From: Hypanus sabinus
Lineage: Eukaryota
DNA: 64,000 nt
Direction of reading: 5' to 3'
Assembly: GCF_030144855.1 (NCBI RefSeq)
Contig: NC_082707.1
Location: 135,470,001-135,534,000 of the forward strand
The notes below the pieces were generated by a model, which was not told where the DNA came from, made no database searches, and was given only the letters and a program-made list of their open reading frames with translations. A program made the position numbers and the translations under genes. The stretch's first letter is position 1; each line of letters begins with the position of its first letter. Below are positions 1 through 13,366 of the stretch, one piece after another.

Positions 1-802
1 CTTTTTCACTTCCCTTTACAGTCCCTTTAGTTTTGTCTGCTCGATGTGCTCTTTGTATGTCTTACTTCGTTGCATTTTCTGCAAGTTTCATCTTTAAATG
101 TTCATCAGTTTGGTGTATGTGAGCCCCTGCCACAATGGTAACACCATCTGTTCAGCCAGGCAGGCCACCTTCTAGACCAGCATTTCCCAACCTATTTTAG
201 GCCAGTCACCCTTACCATTAACCGAGTACTCTGTGGACTTATGTTGGGAACCCTGTTCTGGATGCTGCTGTTTTATTCACATTCACTTTCATTCCTGACT
301 GCAATTCACTTGTCTCTGTCTGCTATTTCCATTGATAACAACTATTTAAATTGTTCTTTTAAAAATAAGTTGTGCTTCAGTTAGGAGCTGCTTTTGAATG
401 CTTTCTTTTAAGATTCCACAAACTAAACAATCTCTTAATGCATCATTAAGCCCATTACTAAACTGACAATGCTTGGATAGTCTCTTCAATTTAGCCATGA
501 ACACTGAAATGGACTCCCCTTCTTTCTGATTCCTCTTTTGAAACCTAAAGCGTTCTGCAATCAACAAAGGTTTCAGTTCTAAATTTTCCTGTATATTTTC
601 ATGATATCCACAACCTCATTTGGCTGGTTTAGTTGGAGCAGTCAAACCTCTAAGCAAACTGTATGCCTTCCCACCTACTACGTTCAACAAAACTGGTTCT
701 CACTTCCCATTGCCTATTTCAGTTGCTTCAAAATACACCTTAATTCACTCAGTTATCTCTTGGGGAATCAAGCGCTTCTATAGTTCCAATGTAACCAGCC
801 AT
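1..802 (-). mobile_element. gag: Degenerate Ty3/Gypsy gag fragment, running off the window edge
   Basis: Minus strand reads MAGYIGTIEALD.. from ATG at 802, then ..LLNVVGGKAYSLLRGLTAPTKP.., ORF 346-567 (AERFRFQKRNQKEGESI..LRDCLVCGI) and a broken zinc knuckle (CYHCGRGSH) near 120-145. Multiple stops and frameshifts. Confidence 0.85.
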
Positions 803-964
803 TTCTGCATTTTTAATTTTTTTTTATTATCACTCAGTACACACTGTTTATAAACCCATGAATTTTGTTAATTTCCTGCCTTTTTTAAAAAACTCAAACT
901 TCTTCTCCTCTTGCAAAGAAAGCTTCCCATGCCTTTTAAAAACGTGTTATGTCCCACTATGCTC

Positions 965-1790
965 TAAAAGGTAGATAGTTGTCTCGGATTCCCTTTAATA
1001 TTTCACCTTTCCCTCTTAGCCTATGACCTCAACTTCTAGTCTCACCCAGCTTCAGAGGTAAAAGCATGCTTGCATCTATTCTAGCTACACCACTAATAAT
1101 TTTTATTCTTCTATCACTTCTCCCCTCATTGTCTAATGCTCCAGTAGGTCTATTCAAGTTTCCATTCAGCTCAGGTCCCCAAGACCTGACAACATCTTTG
1201 TAAATTTTCTCTGTACTCATTTAATTTCATTGTTAACTTTCCTACCACTAGCTGACCAGAACAGCATACGATACACCAAGTCTGGCCTCACCATTGTCTT
1301 ATAATACTTCAACAGAATATTCCAGCTCCTGCAGTCAATACTCTGATTTATGAAGGTCAATGTACCTCAAGTTCTCTTTATGACTCTGTCTACTATGACA
1401 CACTTTCAAGGAATTATGCATCTGTATTCTCAGATCTGTCTGTTCTAGCACACACCTTGGCATCTACCATACACTGTATTAAGCCTTGGTTTGTCCTCCC
1501 AAACTGCAATGCCTCACACCTGTCTGTATTAAATTTTATCTACTATTTTTAGGCCATTTTTCCAGCAGGTCGAGATCCCGCTGCAAGTTTTGATAGCCTT
1601 CCTTGCTGTCTACTACACCACAGAACTTGGTGTCATCTGCAAATTTGCTACTCTGGTTTATCGCATTATCGTCCAAGTCATTAATATAGATGACAAACGA
1701 CAATGGACTCTGCACAATCTCTGTGGCACTCCACTGTTCAGAAGCCACCAGTCTGGGAGGCAGCCATCTACTACGGACCACTGCAGTTTG
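965..1790 (-). mobile_element. CR1-clade LINE, degenerate 3' RT fragment
   Basis: ORF 1536-1829 contains FVIYINDLD..SKFADDTK..LQRDLD, the CR1 RT motif. Downstream sequence resembles the CR1 C-terminus. Confidence 0.85.
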
Positions 1791-2497
1791 TGCCGCTATT
1801 TTAATTTTATGCCAACAGTTAATTGTCAAGGAATAGCTGAAATTTGCTTTCAGAGAGCTCTATTATTATGTACTCGAAGATTAATAAATGGTAAAGAAAC
1901 CATGGATCAAATTGCCCATTGAGCCTAGTCTGAGTTTGTTTGAATATATGGATTACCAGCTTTAACATTTCTGGTCTTTTTATGTATTATCAGTAGGTTG
2001 TAGAAACTCCTGGTAAATTATTTCTGTGTAGGAGAATGCACTGTTATTTAACAAATGTATCACATTTATATAATACACATACTGTGCATTCTAATGACCC
2101 TGGGAGTGTCCATGTTCTGCTTCAATTGAAGAGAAAATTATTCAGAATTCCAACTGGATTGCCAACTTCCTTCACTTCAGCCAAACCTATGTCTATATTA
2201 ACTTTTTTCAATAAAATTGAATTTATGCTTAACCCAATAACAAGGCTGAAAAAGTTTTGAAAAACAAGCTTTGAAAAATTGTAATAACTGAGATAACACT
2301 AAATTAATCACTGGAATAGATTTCAGATTTTCAGATGTTATGCAGAAATGGAAAGTTATCAAGTGTATGCTACAGGTTATTCCTGATTTCCTCTGAGTTT
2401 GATGGCAGGTCCCTTTTATAAATCCTTTGTATGACTAACAAGATTAGTTGATCCAGAATGCTTGTGTGTAAAATCCTACTTGAATGCATAGGTCAGG

Positions 2498-2838
2498 TAG
2501 AAACATAGAAACAGAAAACCTACAGCACAATACAGGCCCTTTGGCCCACAAAGCTGTGCTGAACATGTCCTTACCTTAGAAATTACCTAGGGTTACCCAT
2601 AGCCCTCTATTTTTCTGACCTCCACGTACCTGTCCAGGAGTCTCTTAAAAGACCCTATTGTATCTGACTCCTCCACCGTCGCTGACAGCCCATTCCACAC
2701 ACTCACCACTCTGCATAAAAAACTTACCCCTGACATCTCCTCTGTACCTACTTCCAAGCACCTTAAAGCTGTGCCCTTTCATACTAGCCATTCCAGCACT
2801 GGGAAAAACCCTCTATCCACACGATCGGTGCCTTTCAA
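2498..2838 (-). mobile_element. CR1 LINE 3' end
   Basis: (TAGAAACA)n-type tail at 2498-2515 followed by CR1 3' UTR; similar to 49365-49650. Confidence 0.8.
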
Positions 2839-3134
2839 GATGTTGTTTCCTTGACGGACTGGTCTGGAAAGAAATGCACCTTAGCTCATCTCCACTACAG
2901 CAAGAAAACATCAGGATAATGTAATACAGGCAGATAACTTTGATCAATGTATGATGCTTATACCTGTATAACAAAATCTCTCTGGATTCAGAGAACTTGA
3001 TCAAATTGGAGCAGTCTTTGGTGCCAAGTTAAAATGAATCAATAATGAAGCCCTAATGAATCAATTATAACCTAATTATTATTGTATAATAATTTTACTA
3101 ATAGAAACTTAATAAATAGAAGAGTTATTTCTCA

Positions 3135-3425
3135 TAGCGGTTAGCATGACACTATTACAGCTTGTGGCTTTGGAGTTCGGAGTTCAATCCCAGCATCCTC
3201 TGTGTGGAAACTCTGTACGTCACCCCCTGTGGAATGTTTGAGGTTTCTCTGGGGCCTCTGGTTTCCCCCACAGTCCAAAGATGTACCAGGTAGGTTAATT
3301 GGTCATTGTAAAGTATCCCATGACTAGATTAGAGATAAATTGCGGTTGTCAGGAATTACTAGGCGGTGTGGCTCAAAGAACCAGAATTGCCTATCCAGTG
3401 TTGTATCTCCAAACAAATTAATTAA
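3135..3425 (+). mobile_element. tRNA-derived V-domain SINE (HE1-like)
   Basis: A-box-like TAGCGGTTAG, B-box GAGTTCAATCCC, V-domain-like GGTTTCTCTGGGGCCTCTGGTTTCCCCCACAGTCCAAAGATGT. Confidence 0.75.
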
Positions 3426-3864
3426 TGCATAACTCATTTATTTTACTGTGTTTGCCTACATCAGACACACCAATCACAGGAAAATTTATGACTTTTTCCA
3501 GGAACTACTCTATTAATGTATTGTGAGCTTTACTCTATAGGCTCATTGTTACAACCATGATCTTATGATTTCTTCAACTTCCTGTGTAGTGATTTTGCAG
3601 AGCAATCTAAAGTACTACGCTGTTCCTTGAAAACAGTATTCAGCATTTGCTGGCTTGCACGTGTATTTTGGATTAAGTATTCAATCAAAATGATTTTAGA
3701 ACTTCTTGTAGATGTTTACAAAGTCAATGAATCGCCATGTATAACAGTGCACTTGCAATGTGCAATAGTCCAATGCCATCCGTCATAAGAAGGGAAAAGA
3801 AACTTACAAAGTTTACTCTAAAATTCACAAAATACATTGAGCATGACGCCTAAACTAATAAATG

Positions 3865-3990
3865 GAGACATAAGAGTCTACAGATGCTGGAATCTGAAGC
3901 AAAAACACAAACTTCTGGAGGAACTCAATGGGTCGGGCAGCACCTGTATAAGGAAATGAACAACAAGCTTCAGGTCTTAATTCTTTGCCC
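3865..3990 (-). mobile_element. Penelope-like element (PLE) terminal fragment
   Basis: CAGATGCTGGAATCT..CTGGAGGAACTCA..GGCAGCA motif shared with the end of the 17257-18420 element. Confidence 0.65.
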
Positions 3991-4417
3991 CAGAGTAATA
4001 ATATCTCCTTCTCTATGAAGTGTAGCATTTTTTGAATAAATAAGAAGATACATTCCCATTGAGAATCTTCCATCTCATTTCTGTTTCAATGCGTTTTTTC
4101 TTCCCTACAGCACCAGATGCAGTATGTACACTAAGCAGTGCCAAGCATCTCTGTTGCTTTCCCAGTAATGCGGCTTCCTTTTGTTTTTCAAAAAGCATAT
4201 TTCTGTACATTGAGTTCCAGGTTCATTGTGGTCTGACCTTGTGCTCACTGACATGAAATAGAGAAGTTAAGAGTGCATTTCATTGTGAGGATTAAGAGTG
4301 ATAGGGTCTTCACCCCTCCTCTTGGAACTAGATTCAGCCAGAAGCTTTTAACGGTCAAGACATCACAACACTTCTGGTAATTGAGTATAGTGTGTGTGCT
4401 GGTTTGCATGCAAAGTT

Positions 4418-4580
4418 ATAGAACATTACAGCACAAAAACAGGCCTTTTGGCCCTTATTGGCTGTGCCAAACCATTTTTCTGCCTAATCCCACTGACCTG
4501 CACCTGGACCATATCCCTCCATACACTTCTCATTGATTTACCTGTCCAAGTTTTTCTTAAATGTTGAAAGTGAGCCCATT
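4418..4580 (-). mobile_element. CR1 LINE 3' end
   Basis: ATAGAACATTACAGCACA..CAGGCC tail/3' UTR motif common to the other CR1 ends in the window. Confidence 0.7.
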
Positions 4581-5289
4581 ATGTCTGAGAACTTTTGTCT
4601 AATTTTATATATGGCCATTTGTAAAGTGTTTTGCTTGAATATGGTGGACTTTAGTATCGTGCTGTATCTTGAATGCAATAAACCTTCTGAAAAAAAGCCT
4701 TTGGTAGTTGCTGTTTTCCATTAAAAATGCTTGACAAAGTTCTATTGAAGTCAGGAGTTCCTCTGCCAGGGAAGTTCAGCAGCATAATTAGTTTTATGTC
4801 AAAGGTGATTGCCTGTCAAAAATGTTTGACACCTAACCTGCTTCTGTGGTCTTAATATATAGAAAGGAAATGGGAACAGACAGAATTTCATTATCTTTAG
4901 ACAATTAACATCAGAATTTTTTTTGTTTCTGTTGAAATGGGATAAGGCAGGTTTTCAATACATTTTTCATTTAAATTATTATTTTTGACTCCATATCTCA
5001 AGTTAAATACCTTCAATCTTCATTCAAGCAAAATTGTTAAACTGTCTTGCCACATAAGAGGTCACATCCATCAGCCATCCAGCCAACTTTGAAAAAGTAT
5101 TCAATACATAATACATTCACGGTACACACTCAGTTTGCTGAATTGATGCTTTCAATTCATACAAGAAAAACATTGCTAAAATTGATCACTATACCAGATA
5201 TAGTTTAACCCTGAGGTCACATGCGTTTTGCAAAGGCTCTGGTGAAATGCCATCTGTCATAGAAGATGATGCAGACAGAATTGCATTAG

Positions 5290-7310
5290 TTTCCAGAAAA
5301 TACAGGCACAGAACCATCAAATGCTCCTCATATGTTAATCCTTTCAATCCCGGGAATATTTTCATAAACATCCTCTGAACCGGTTCCTCTGAATTGGTTC
5401 TAATGCCATGGGGCCCAAAACTGCTTGCAGTACTCAAAATGCAGTCTGGTCAATGCCTTAAGAAGTCTCAGCATTATATCTTCCCTTTTATATATTATTT
5501 TTTTAAATGAATATAAACGTTGCACTTGCCTTCCTTACTACTGACTCAAAATGCAAGCTAGCTTTTAGGGAGTCCTGCTCTAGGCCTTCCAAGTCTCTTT
5601 GTACTTCTCATTTCTGAATTCTCTCCCCACTTAGAAAATAGTCAATGCCTTTATTCCTTCTCCCAAAATGCATGACCATAAACCTCCCTACACTGTATTC
5701 AATCTGCCACATCTTTTTCCATTCTCCCAATTATTCAACTCCTGCAGATTTCCAGCACCCTCAACACTAGCTATCTCTCAACCTATCTTTGTATCATCTG
5801 CAAACTTATCTACGAAGACAGCAAATCCATCATCTGGGTTATTAACTTATAACATGAAAGGAAGCAGTCCCAACACTGACCCCTGCAGACACCACTAGTC
5901 ATTGACAGTCAACCAGAAAAGGCTCCCTTTATTTCTACTCTCTACTAGTCAGCCAATCTACTATCCATGCTAACATCTTCCATGTAATGCCCTGGGCTTT
6001 TATCTTGTTTAGCAGTCTCATGTTAGCATCTTATCAAAGGCCTTATGAAAACCCATGTAAGCATTCACTGACTCTCCTTTCTCTATCCTGCCTGATATTT
6101 CCTCAAAGTGTTGTCAGGGAAGATCTCCCCTGAAGGAAGCCATGCTGATGTTGACCTATTTTATGATGAGTTTCCATGTATCCCAAAACCTCATCCTTAA
6201 TAATGGGCTCTAGCATCTTGCCAACTACTGAATTCAGGCTACTGCCCCATAATTTTCTTTTTGCCTCCCTCCCTTCTTAAAGATCGGAATGGCATGTGTG
6301 ATTTTCCTGTCCTCTTGAGCCACTCTAGGTTCTACTTATTCATGCAAGATCATTACTAATGCCTCCATAATCTCCTCGGCTACCTCCTTCAGAACCTGGG
6401 GCGTAGTTCATCTGGTCCAGGTGACTTATTTACCTTTGCCCCTTTCAGCTTCCCAAGCAGAGTCTCCTCAGTAATAACAACACACTCACTCCTGACCCCT
6501 GACGTTCTCAAATTTCTGGCATGCTTTTGGTGCCTTCCACAGTGAAGATGGATGCAAAGTACTCATTCAGTTCTTCCGCCATATTTGTTCCTCCCTGCCA
6601 CCTCTCCAGCACCATTTTCTACTGGTCCGATGTCTACTATTGCCTTTCTTTTACTCTTTATATGTCTGAAAACACTCTTGGTATCTACTTATATATTATT
6701 TGCTAGCTTACCTTCATATCTCATCTTTCGTCTCTTTTTTGCTTTTTTAGTTGCCTTTTGTTGGTTTTTAAAAGCTCCTCATCCTCTAGCTTCCCACTAA
6801 CTTTTGCAATATTGTATACCATCTCTTTTGCTGTAGTTCTGTCTTTAACTTTCCTTGTCAGCCATGGTTGCCTCATCCTCCTTTTAGAATGTTTATTTTT
6901 CTTTGGGATGAACTGATCCTGCATCTTCCAAATTATTCCTAGAAACTTCAGTCATTGTTGCTCTACCATCATCCCTGCTAGAGTCCCCTTCCAATCAAGT
7001 TTGCCCATCTCCTTTCTCGTTTTTCTAGGTAACCTTTACTCAAGTGTAAAACCTATACATTCAGTTTTAGCTTCTCCATCTCAAACTGCAGGTTGAATTC
7101 TATCATATTATGATTACTGTTTCCTAAAGGTTCCTTTACCTTAAGCTCCCAAATCAAATCTGGTTCATTATGCAACACCCAATCCAGAATTACATTTACC
7201 TTATTGGATTCATCCACAAGCTGCTCTAAATAAGACATCTTACAGGCAGTCAGCAAATTCCTTCTCTTGGCTCCAGCACCAACTCTACCCACACACTGAA
7301 ATCCCCCCTG
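5290..7310 (-). mobile_element. CR1 LINE, long degenerate ORF2 fragment (endonuclease to RT)
   Basis: ORF pieces ILDWVLHNEPDLI..VKEPLGNSNHNMIEF (EN C-terminus), QDQFIPKK..QPWLTRKVK and VQRMFMKIFPGLKGLTYEE; homologous to 58080-62470. Confidence 0.85.
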
Positions 7311-7349
7311 CATATATAAGGAGAAGTTTAAACAAATTTAGTTGTTTTC

Positions 7350-7910
7350 TCCAGAGCAGCGCAAAGGGAACAACTAGCCCTGAGAGAAGTTATCAAAATA
7401 CTGAGAGGCATAGACTGAGTAGACAGCTGGCATCATTTTTTTCCCAGAGTTGAAATATCTAATATCAGAGGGCATGCATTTGAGGTGAGAACAGATAAGT
7501 TTAAAGATAATGTGTGGGACAGATTTATGAGTCTCTGAGAAGGACACAGTACATGTATGTGCAGAGAATGGAAGGATATGGACATAGTGTACCCAGAAAG
7601 GATTAATTTTGTTAGACATATAATTGCTAGTTTCATCAGCTTGGCAGAACATCATGGGTTGAAGGCCTGTTCCTGTGCTGTACTGTTCTGTGTTCTGGAG
7701 AGTGCTGGGTAAACGAGTTGCCAGAGGAAGTGGCAGAGATAAGTACAAATACAGTGTTTACAAGATATTTGGACAGATTCATGGAAAGGTAAAAGGGATT
7801 ATGGGCTAATTGTAAACAGATGGGATTAGCTCAACAAGGCACCTGCGTTGGCAATGGGCAAGTTTGGCTGAAGGCCCCATTTCCATGCTATATAGCTAAA
7901 TCTATGACTA
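7350..7910 (+). mobile_element. Two adjacent or nested CR1 3' fragments
   Basis: CR1 C-terminal/3' UTR sequence ending in CTGTACTGTTCTGTGTTCT (~7697), followed by a second 3' end ending near TCTATGACT (~7909). Confidence 0.65.
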
Positions 7911-8364
7911 AATTACTTCAGAGAGATGTTATCCAAGAGCAATGTGATATTCTTTCTTCCAGCAGATATCTCACCATTTGGTTCCAGATTCCATTTGCCT
8001 CTAGTGCTAGACTTATACCAACATTTCAAATTACAATGCAATAACCTTTGCAGAACGTATAGCTTGACCTAAACTGATTATTATGTTTCCCAAATACGCA
8101 AGTAACTTGGAGTAGGTGTGGGCCCTGAGGTCTGTCCTGTCTTTCCATATAATCTTGACCGATCTGTTCTCAGCCTTAATTGCTCTTTTAAACCTGCCTG
8201 ACATAGCCCTCAATACCCTGATTTTTCAATAAGAATTCTACCCTCACTTTAGATACTTTAACCATCATCTAGCCTCTACAGACTTCCAACATAGTGAATG
8301 CCAGAGATTTATTATCCTTTCTGAGAGAAAATTTCCACCTACACCTTTATCTCTGTACATGCCT

Positions 8365-8610
8365 GCCACAACCACTCCTCCTCCCTTTTCTCTCTAACGT
8401 AAATTGACAGTCATGTTCCTCTCACGCTCTCTCTCTTCCCCCTGCTCACTGTCCCTCTCCTTCTGCTTCTCTGTTTCTTTTTGTCTGCATGTGTCTTTCA
8501 CTGTCGCTGTTACTGCCTTTGACAAGTCTCTCATTGTCCCTCCTCTCTGTATCTCTTCCTTTTTGTCTCTCTCTCTCTCTCTCTCTACTTCTCTCTCTTT
8601 GCTTCTTATT
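8365..8610. repeat. Pyrimidine-rich low-complexity tract with (CT)n
   Basis: Visible CT/TC repeats; produces spurious S/L- and E/R-rich ORFs. Confidence 0.85.
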
Positions 8611-8699
8611 GAACGCATTTGTAGTTTTTTTAAATTTTCAAGCTTGGCGTTCATTCTGGAATTGGTTTATGCATAATAATGACGATAATCTAGCTCTTT

Positions 8700-8800
8700 C
8701 CAAACCTGATGAAGTTTCCCAGCCCGAAACGTCACCTGTTTATTCATCTCCATAGATGCTGCCTGACCTTTTGACTTGCTCATGATTCCTCTTGTGTTGA
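8700..8800 (+). mobile_element. PLE terminal fragment with degenerate hammerhead motif
   Basis: CTGATGA (8706) .. CCCGAAACGTC, followed by CATAGATGCTGCCTGACC. Confidence 0.7.
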
Positions 8801-11800
8801 TAATCCAACTTTGACCCCTTACCCTCTGTCTGCATTAGCAGAATTTGTTCATGGCCATACCAACCTGAACTGAGCCTAACCAACAGATGTAATTGAGCTA
8901 GTAGATAGGATCTAAATTGAATGTGACAAAATATTTATGACGATGAATGTTATCATAATAATACCATTTCAATGTTTTCCAGTCCATTCCCTACGTAACT
9001 TTCATCATGAAAGTAGCTCTCATACAGCATAGGAAAGTGACATATTGGAAAAATCCACATCATTTAATGCACATGCCCCACTCACTCATCATAGCATAAA
9101 CATTAAGGTTTGACATCTCTATCCATCAGTAGCAGTCTCTTGGGAGATTAAAATATGTTTAAGAAAAACTGAAGGCTTAATAACAATTTTTTTTTCAATT
9201 TCCTTAGGACATCATATTAAGTTTTTTAAAATTTCCAGGAAGTTTGTAGTATTGCTTGCCTGATATTAGGTAACAATTGAACTTCTCTACCACCACTTAC
9301 ACCCGCCCCAGAATGTTATCCAAAGCTCCATTGACAAAGTCAATTAAAACTGCCAAAACATTCACCTTTGTTAGATATTGAATACCATGCACCAACAAAA
9401 GATATTTTCAGATATTGTGGCAAGTAATGACAATATAATGGAGTCACCAGCATTACAGTTTGTTTTCTGATGCCGTTGTAAATTATTTTTTTAAAAGAAG
9501 TCCATTAAAGTAATAGCAAAAAAGAAACTCGTATTTGGTATCCTTTCCAGAATGGTTGTAAGCATTTTAAAAAAGAATGCTTTATTCTGTCCCAGTCTGA
9601 GTGAAGTATAGCCAAATTAAAAGTAACAGCTGCCAGCTGTTCTTAGTCCAATAGTTAACCCTGAAATTTGAGATTATAGTCTAATTAATTCTAATATAAA
9701 ATTGAATATTTCCTCTGCTTCTTTTTTTACATTTGCCCAGCCTCACCCCTCCGCCATCCATCTCTCTATTTGAACAAGTCTTACTACCAGCAGTTTGTTT
9801 TTCTTTATTTCCCTGTATTCATTTAGTCTGTGAAATATTGCTGAGTTTCTCCTCAAAGTGATCTCTGGAATAGTTTGTAGTCTGTCACCAGTTGTAAATC
9901 AAGATATGCTTTAATCAGATAGACAGCATACTTCCTTACAAAAATACTTGAGATACTCAAATCATCCCCCCCCCCCCCCCACCCGCACTGCCGATGAGCT
10001 GAACAGACTCAATAACCTGAAATAAATAATGTTTATCTGTGGAGTTCGTTAGCTTGACCAGAATCAAGGTTGAATTGATCCAAGGCACTATTGTGAACTC
10101 AGAGATGAAGGACCGACATTGCTGCCCTAAACACCAATGGCATAATAGGTGTTGAGCAAGTATTGTAGTGAATTGCTACCTATTTTCCATTTGCATTACA
10201 GGCGACTAGGTCACCACTCCCAGTAATAAATCATTTGGGTTAGGATTAGATTTTTTTCAGGCCTCTGAATAACCTTTACTTGGAATTTCTTTCTTGCAAT
10301 AATAAAAGGCAGGAGTGATATTATAGGTTTACTATATCTTTCCCTTTCTAACTCTTTTAACCAAGCTACATGGTCGAATAACGAATGTGTGCTTCAAAAG
10401 GGTGTTTTCCTACTCTGCTAACAATGTGATTCACAGATCAATTGAATAACATGAACTTGGATGCATTTTTAGTTGAGGTTGAACTGGTGGTTGGTATTTG
10501 TTGCAATTATGAAGCAGTGTACTTTCCTCCGTGGTCTACAATAAGTAATCAGAAAGCTGTTGTTTGCCAAGAGATGAAAAATTCACAGGAGGAATGGCTT
10601 AAATATCGTTATATGTGCAAGATTGCAGATATCAGACTACAGGAAAGAGCAGAAAAGGAACAAAGCCATATTCATCAATGCAGCCTTTTGCAAATTTCAG
10701 ATCAGTGGTTCCAAAAGTGGGCAATATCACCTCCCCGGGGATGGTGGGAGTTGCTAACAGGGTGATAAAGATAAAGAGAGTGGTGGGGGTGGGGGGAGGT
10801 GCGCTCGGAAGCAAGGGAGACAACTGAGGGATTACAAATTTAGTTTAAGGAATTAATTATTTATTATAAACATTTGGTCCTCAGTGCATCATAATTGATT
10901 ACAATGATCACATAACCACCTCATCACTTGCAAACTCACTGTTCTCTTACAGTTTGCTTGAAGCTCATTATAGTTCATGAAAAACAATGTGAAACTTCTA
11001 TATTTGACACATTCTGATAAACCTGCACTGAAGAAATCATGATATTTCTGGGCCTAGCCTGCACATTATTGCCATTCAGTACTGTAGTACATTGTTAGCT
11101 AATACGATTCGTATAATCTAATCACACAGTGACGCAGTTCCTGTGAAATAGGGTATGACATTCAGTGGGGTAAAGTTCAGAATCTGCCCTTTTGAATGGT
11201 TTTGACCACTCTAACCCACAGGCCAACCAAGATATTGCTGCTCCTGTTTCTGTACCTTCAGCCAGAGAGTTAGATTTTGCCTGAGCTATGATGACTTCAT
11301 AACTTTCCCTTTTATTGATCACAGAGCTTGAGGTCAGACTTAAACAACAGATGATTGATTATGTTCATTAATCTGTTACAAAAGTGGCAGAAGCAAACCA
11401 AATGAAAAAGAAGAATAGAAAATATAGTATGGTGTATCTGAAATATGAACTTATACTAACAGTAAGCAACCAGCAGTGCCAATGTGTCTGTGGTGTGAAA
11501 ATGTTTTTCCAAATGGGGCAACAAAATTATCCAGGCTGTTTGAACATTTGAAGAGAATACAGCCTGATAAAGTAAACAAGAACTTGGCTTATTTTCAGTC
11601 ACTTTGTAAAATATTTTCAGAAAAAGAAAACATTCCCAAAATGTTTGTCGGTATTTCACAACAAACAGTGATGGTTTGCATACTTCACACAACATTGTAT
11701 AGCTCAGTGTAAATCTGGAAAGTCCCATACAACTGGGGAAGAACTGGTTTTGCCCGCAATAAGGGAGGTTCTGAGCATGGATCTGCATAAGTCACCAAAC

Positions 11801-12126
11801 CAAATAATGAAAACTATTCTGTTCAGTGACAGCTCTGTTCAAAGATGAATAGATGAACTGTCTGAGAATGTGGAAGACACGTTGTGCAATATACTGGGGA
11901 CAGCAGAAATTGCTCTGCAGTTAGATGAATCAACTGTGCCAGGCAACTGTGCTTCATGGTTACGTTCACTTGATAAATGGTGAAAGCATGGTTCAAGCAT
12001 TATTATTTACAAAAGGACTAGAAACAGATTGGAAGGAGTCAATATTTCAGGTTGTTGAGCAAATTTTCAAAGAGAAAATTTCCACTTACAACATTCTTAC
12101 TTGTGCAATAGTTTGGGCACCATCAA

Positions 12127-12915
12127 AAGTTCAAAGTTAAAAGTAAATTTGTTATCAAAGTACAAATATGTCACCATATACAACCCTGAGATTCATCTTC
12201 TAGTGGGAATACTCTATCAATTGACAATATAATCAATGAAAGACCCAACAAATTGGCTGTTCAATCAGTATGGAAAATGCAACAAACAGTGGGAATACAA
12301 AAAGAAAGAAACAATAATAAATAACTAAGCAATAATTATTGAGAACATGAGATGAAGAGTCCTTGAATGTGAGTCCCTAGGTTGTGGGAACATTTCAGTG
12401 ATGGGTCAAGTGAAGTTTTCCCCTTCGGTTCAAGAGCCTGATGATTAATAACTGTTCCTGAATCTCATGGTGTGAGTCCTGAGGCTGTTGTACCTTGTTC
12501 CTGATGTCAGAAGTGTGAAGACAGCATGACTTGTGTGGTGGGGGTCTATGATGATGGATGCTGCTGTCCTGCAACAACATTCTGTGTAGATATGCTCACC
12601 TGTGATGGACTGGGCTCCATCCATTATTTTTTGTAGGATTTTCCATTCAAGGGCATTGATGTTTCCACACCAGGCTTTGATGCAGCCAGTCTACATGCTC
12701 TCCACTACATATCTGTAGAAGTTTTTCAAAGTTGTAGCTGTCATGCCGAACCTTCGAAAACTCCTAATGAGGTAGAAGCGCTGGCATGATTTCTTTGTAA
12801 TCACACATATATGCTGGGCCCAGGACAGGTCCTCTGAAATGATGATACTGAGGAATTTAAATTTGCTGATCCTGTCCACCTCTGGCCCTCTCCACCTCTG
12901 ATCCTCCTAGCTCAT
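12127..12915 (-). mobile_element. Rex1/Babar-clade LINE 3' fragment nested in the hAT
   Basis: FKFLSIIISEDLSWAQHI..KKSCQRFYLIRSFRRFG..LKNFYR; (TTTGAAC)-type tail at 12127-12145. Confidence 0.85.
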
Positions 12916-13270
12916 GGACAGGACAGCCTCGTGGGTTATTACTTCTTTGGAAGAATATGCATCTAGCCTAATTATCATTCACTGTGCAATTCAGACAGTA
13001 CCTTGTTGCAAAAAAGCCTAAGTGATCAGCTGCGCAAATCATTATCACAGCAGTAAATAAAATTAAGTCCCATGCTCTCAATTCTTGACTATTTCAAGAA
13101 CTTTGTATTGAGAATGATGAACAGTTTGAATGCTTGGTGTTGCACACAAAAGTCAGATGGGTCAAAAGGAAACTGCCTGAGATGCTTTCATGCACTTTTT
13201 GAAACTGTGATAAAATTCTTTGGAAAACTTGATTGCTTCATTCAATAATCAACTCAAGAAAATTAGGAAT

Positions 13271-13366
13271 TTAAGGGTCTTGGTCTGAAATGTCGACTGT
13301 TCACTCTTTTCCATAGATACCGTTTGGTCTGCTGAGTTCCTCCAGCGTTTTGTGTATGTTGCAAAT
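13271..13366 (+). mobile_element. Short PLE fragment nested in the hAT transposase
   Basis: AAGGGTCTTGGTCTGAAATGTCGACTG..CTGAGTTCCTCCAGC, flanked by direct repeat ATTAGGAAT (13262-13270 and 13367-13375). Confidence 0.8.

Noticed and set aside
8394-8755. S/L-rich and E/R-rich ORFs (also 57850-58249)
   Set aside because: Translations of microsatellite or low-complexity DNA.
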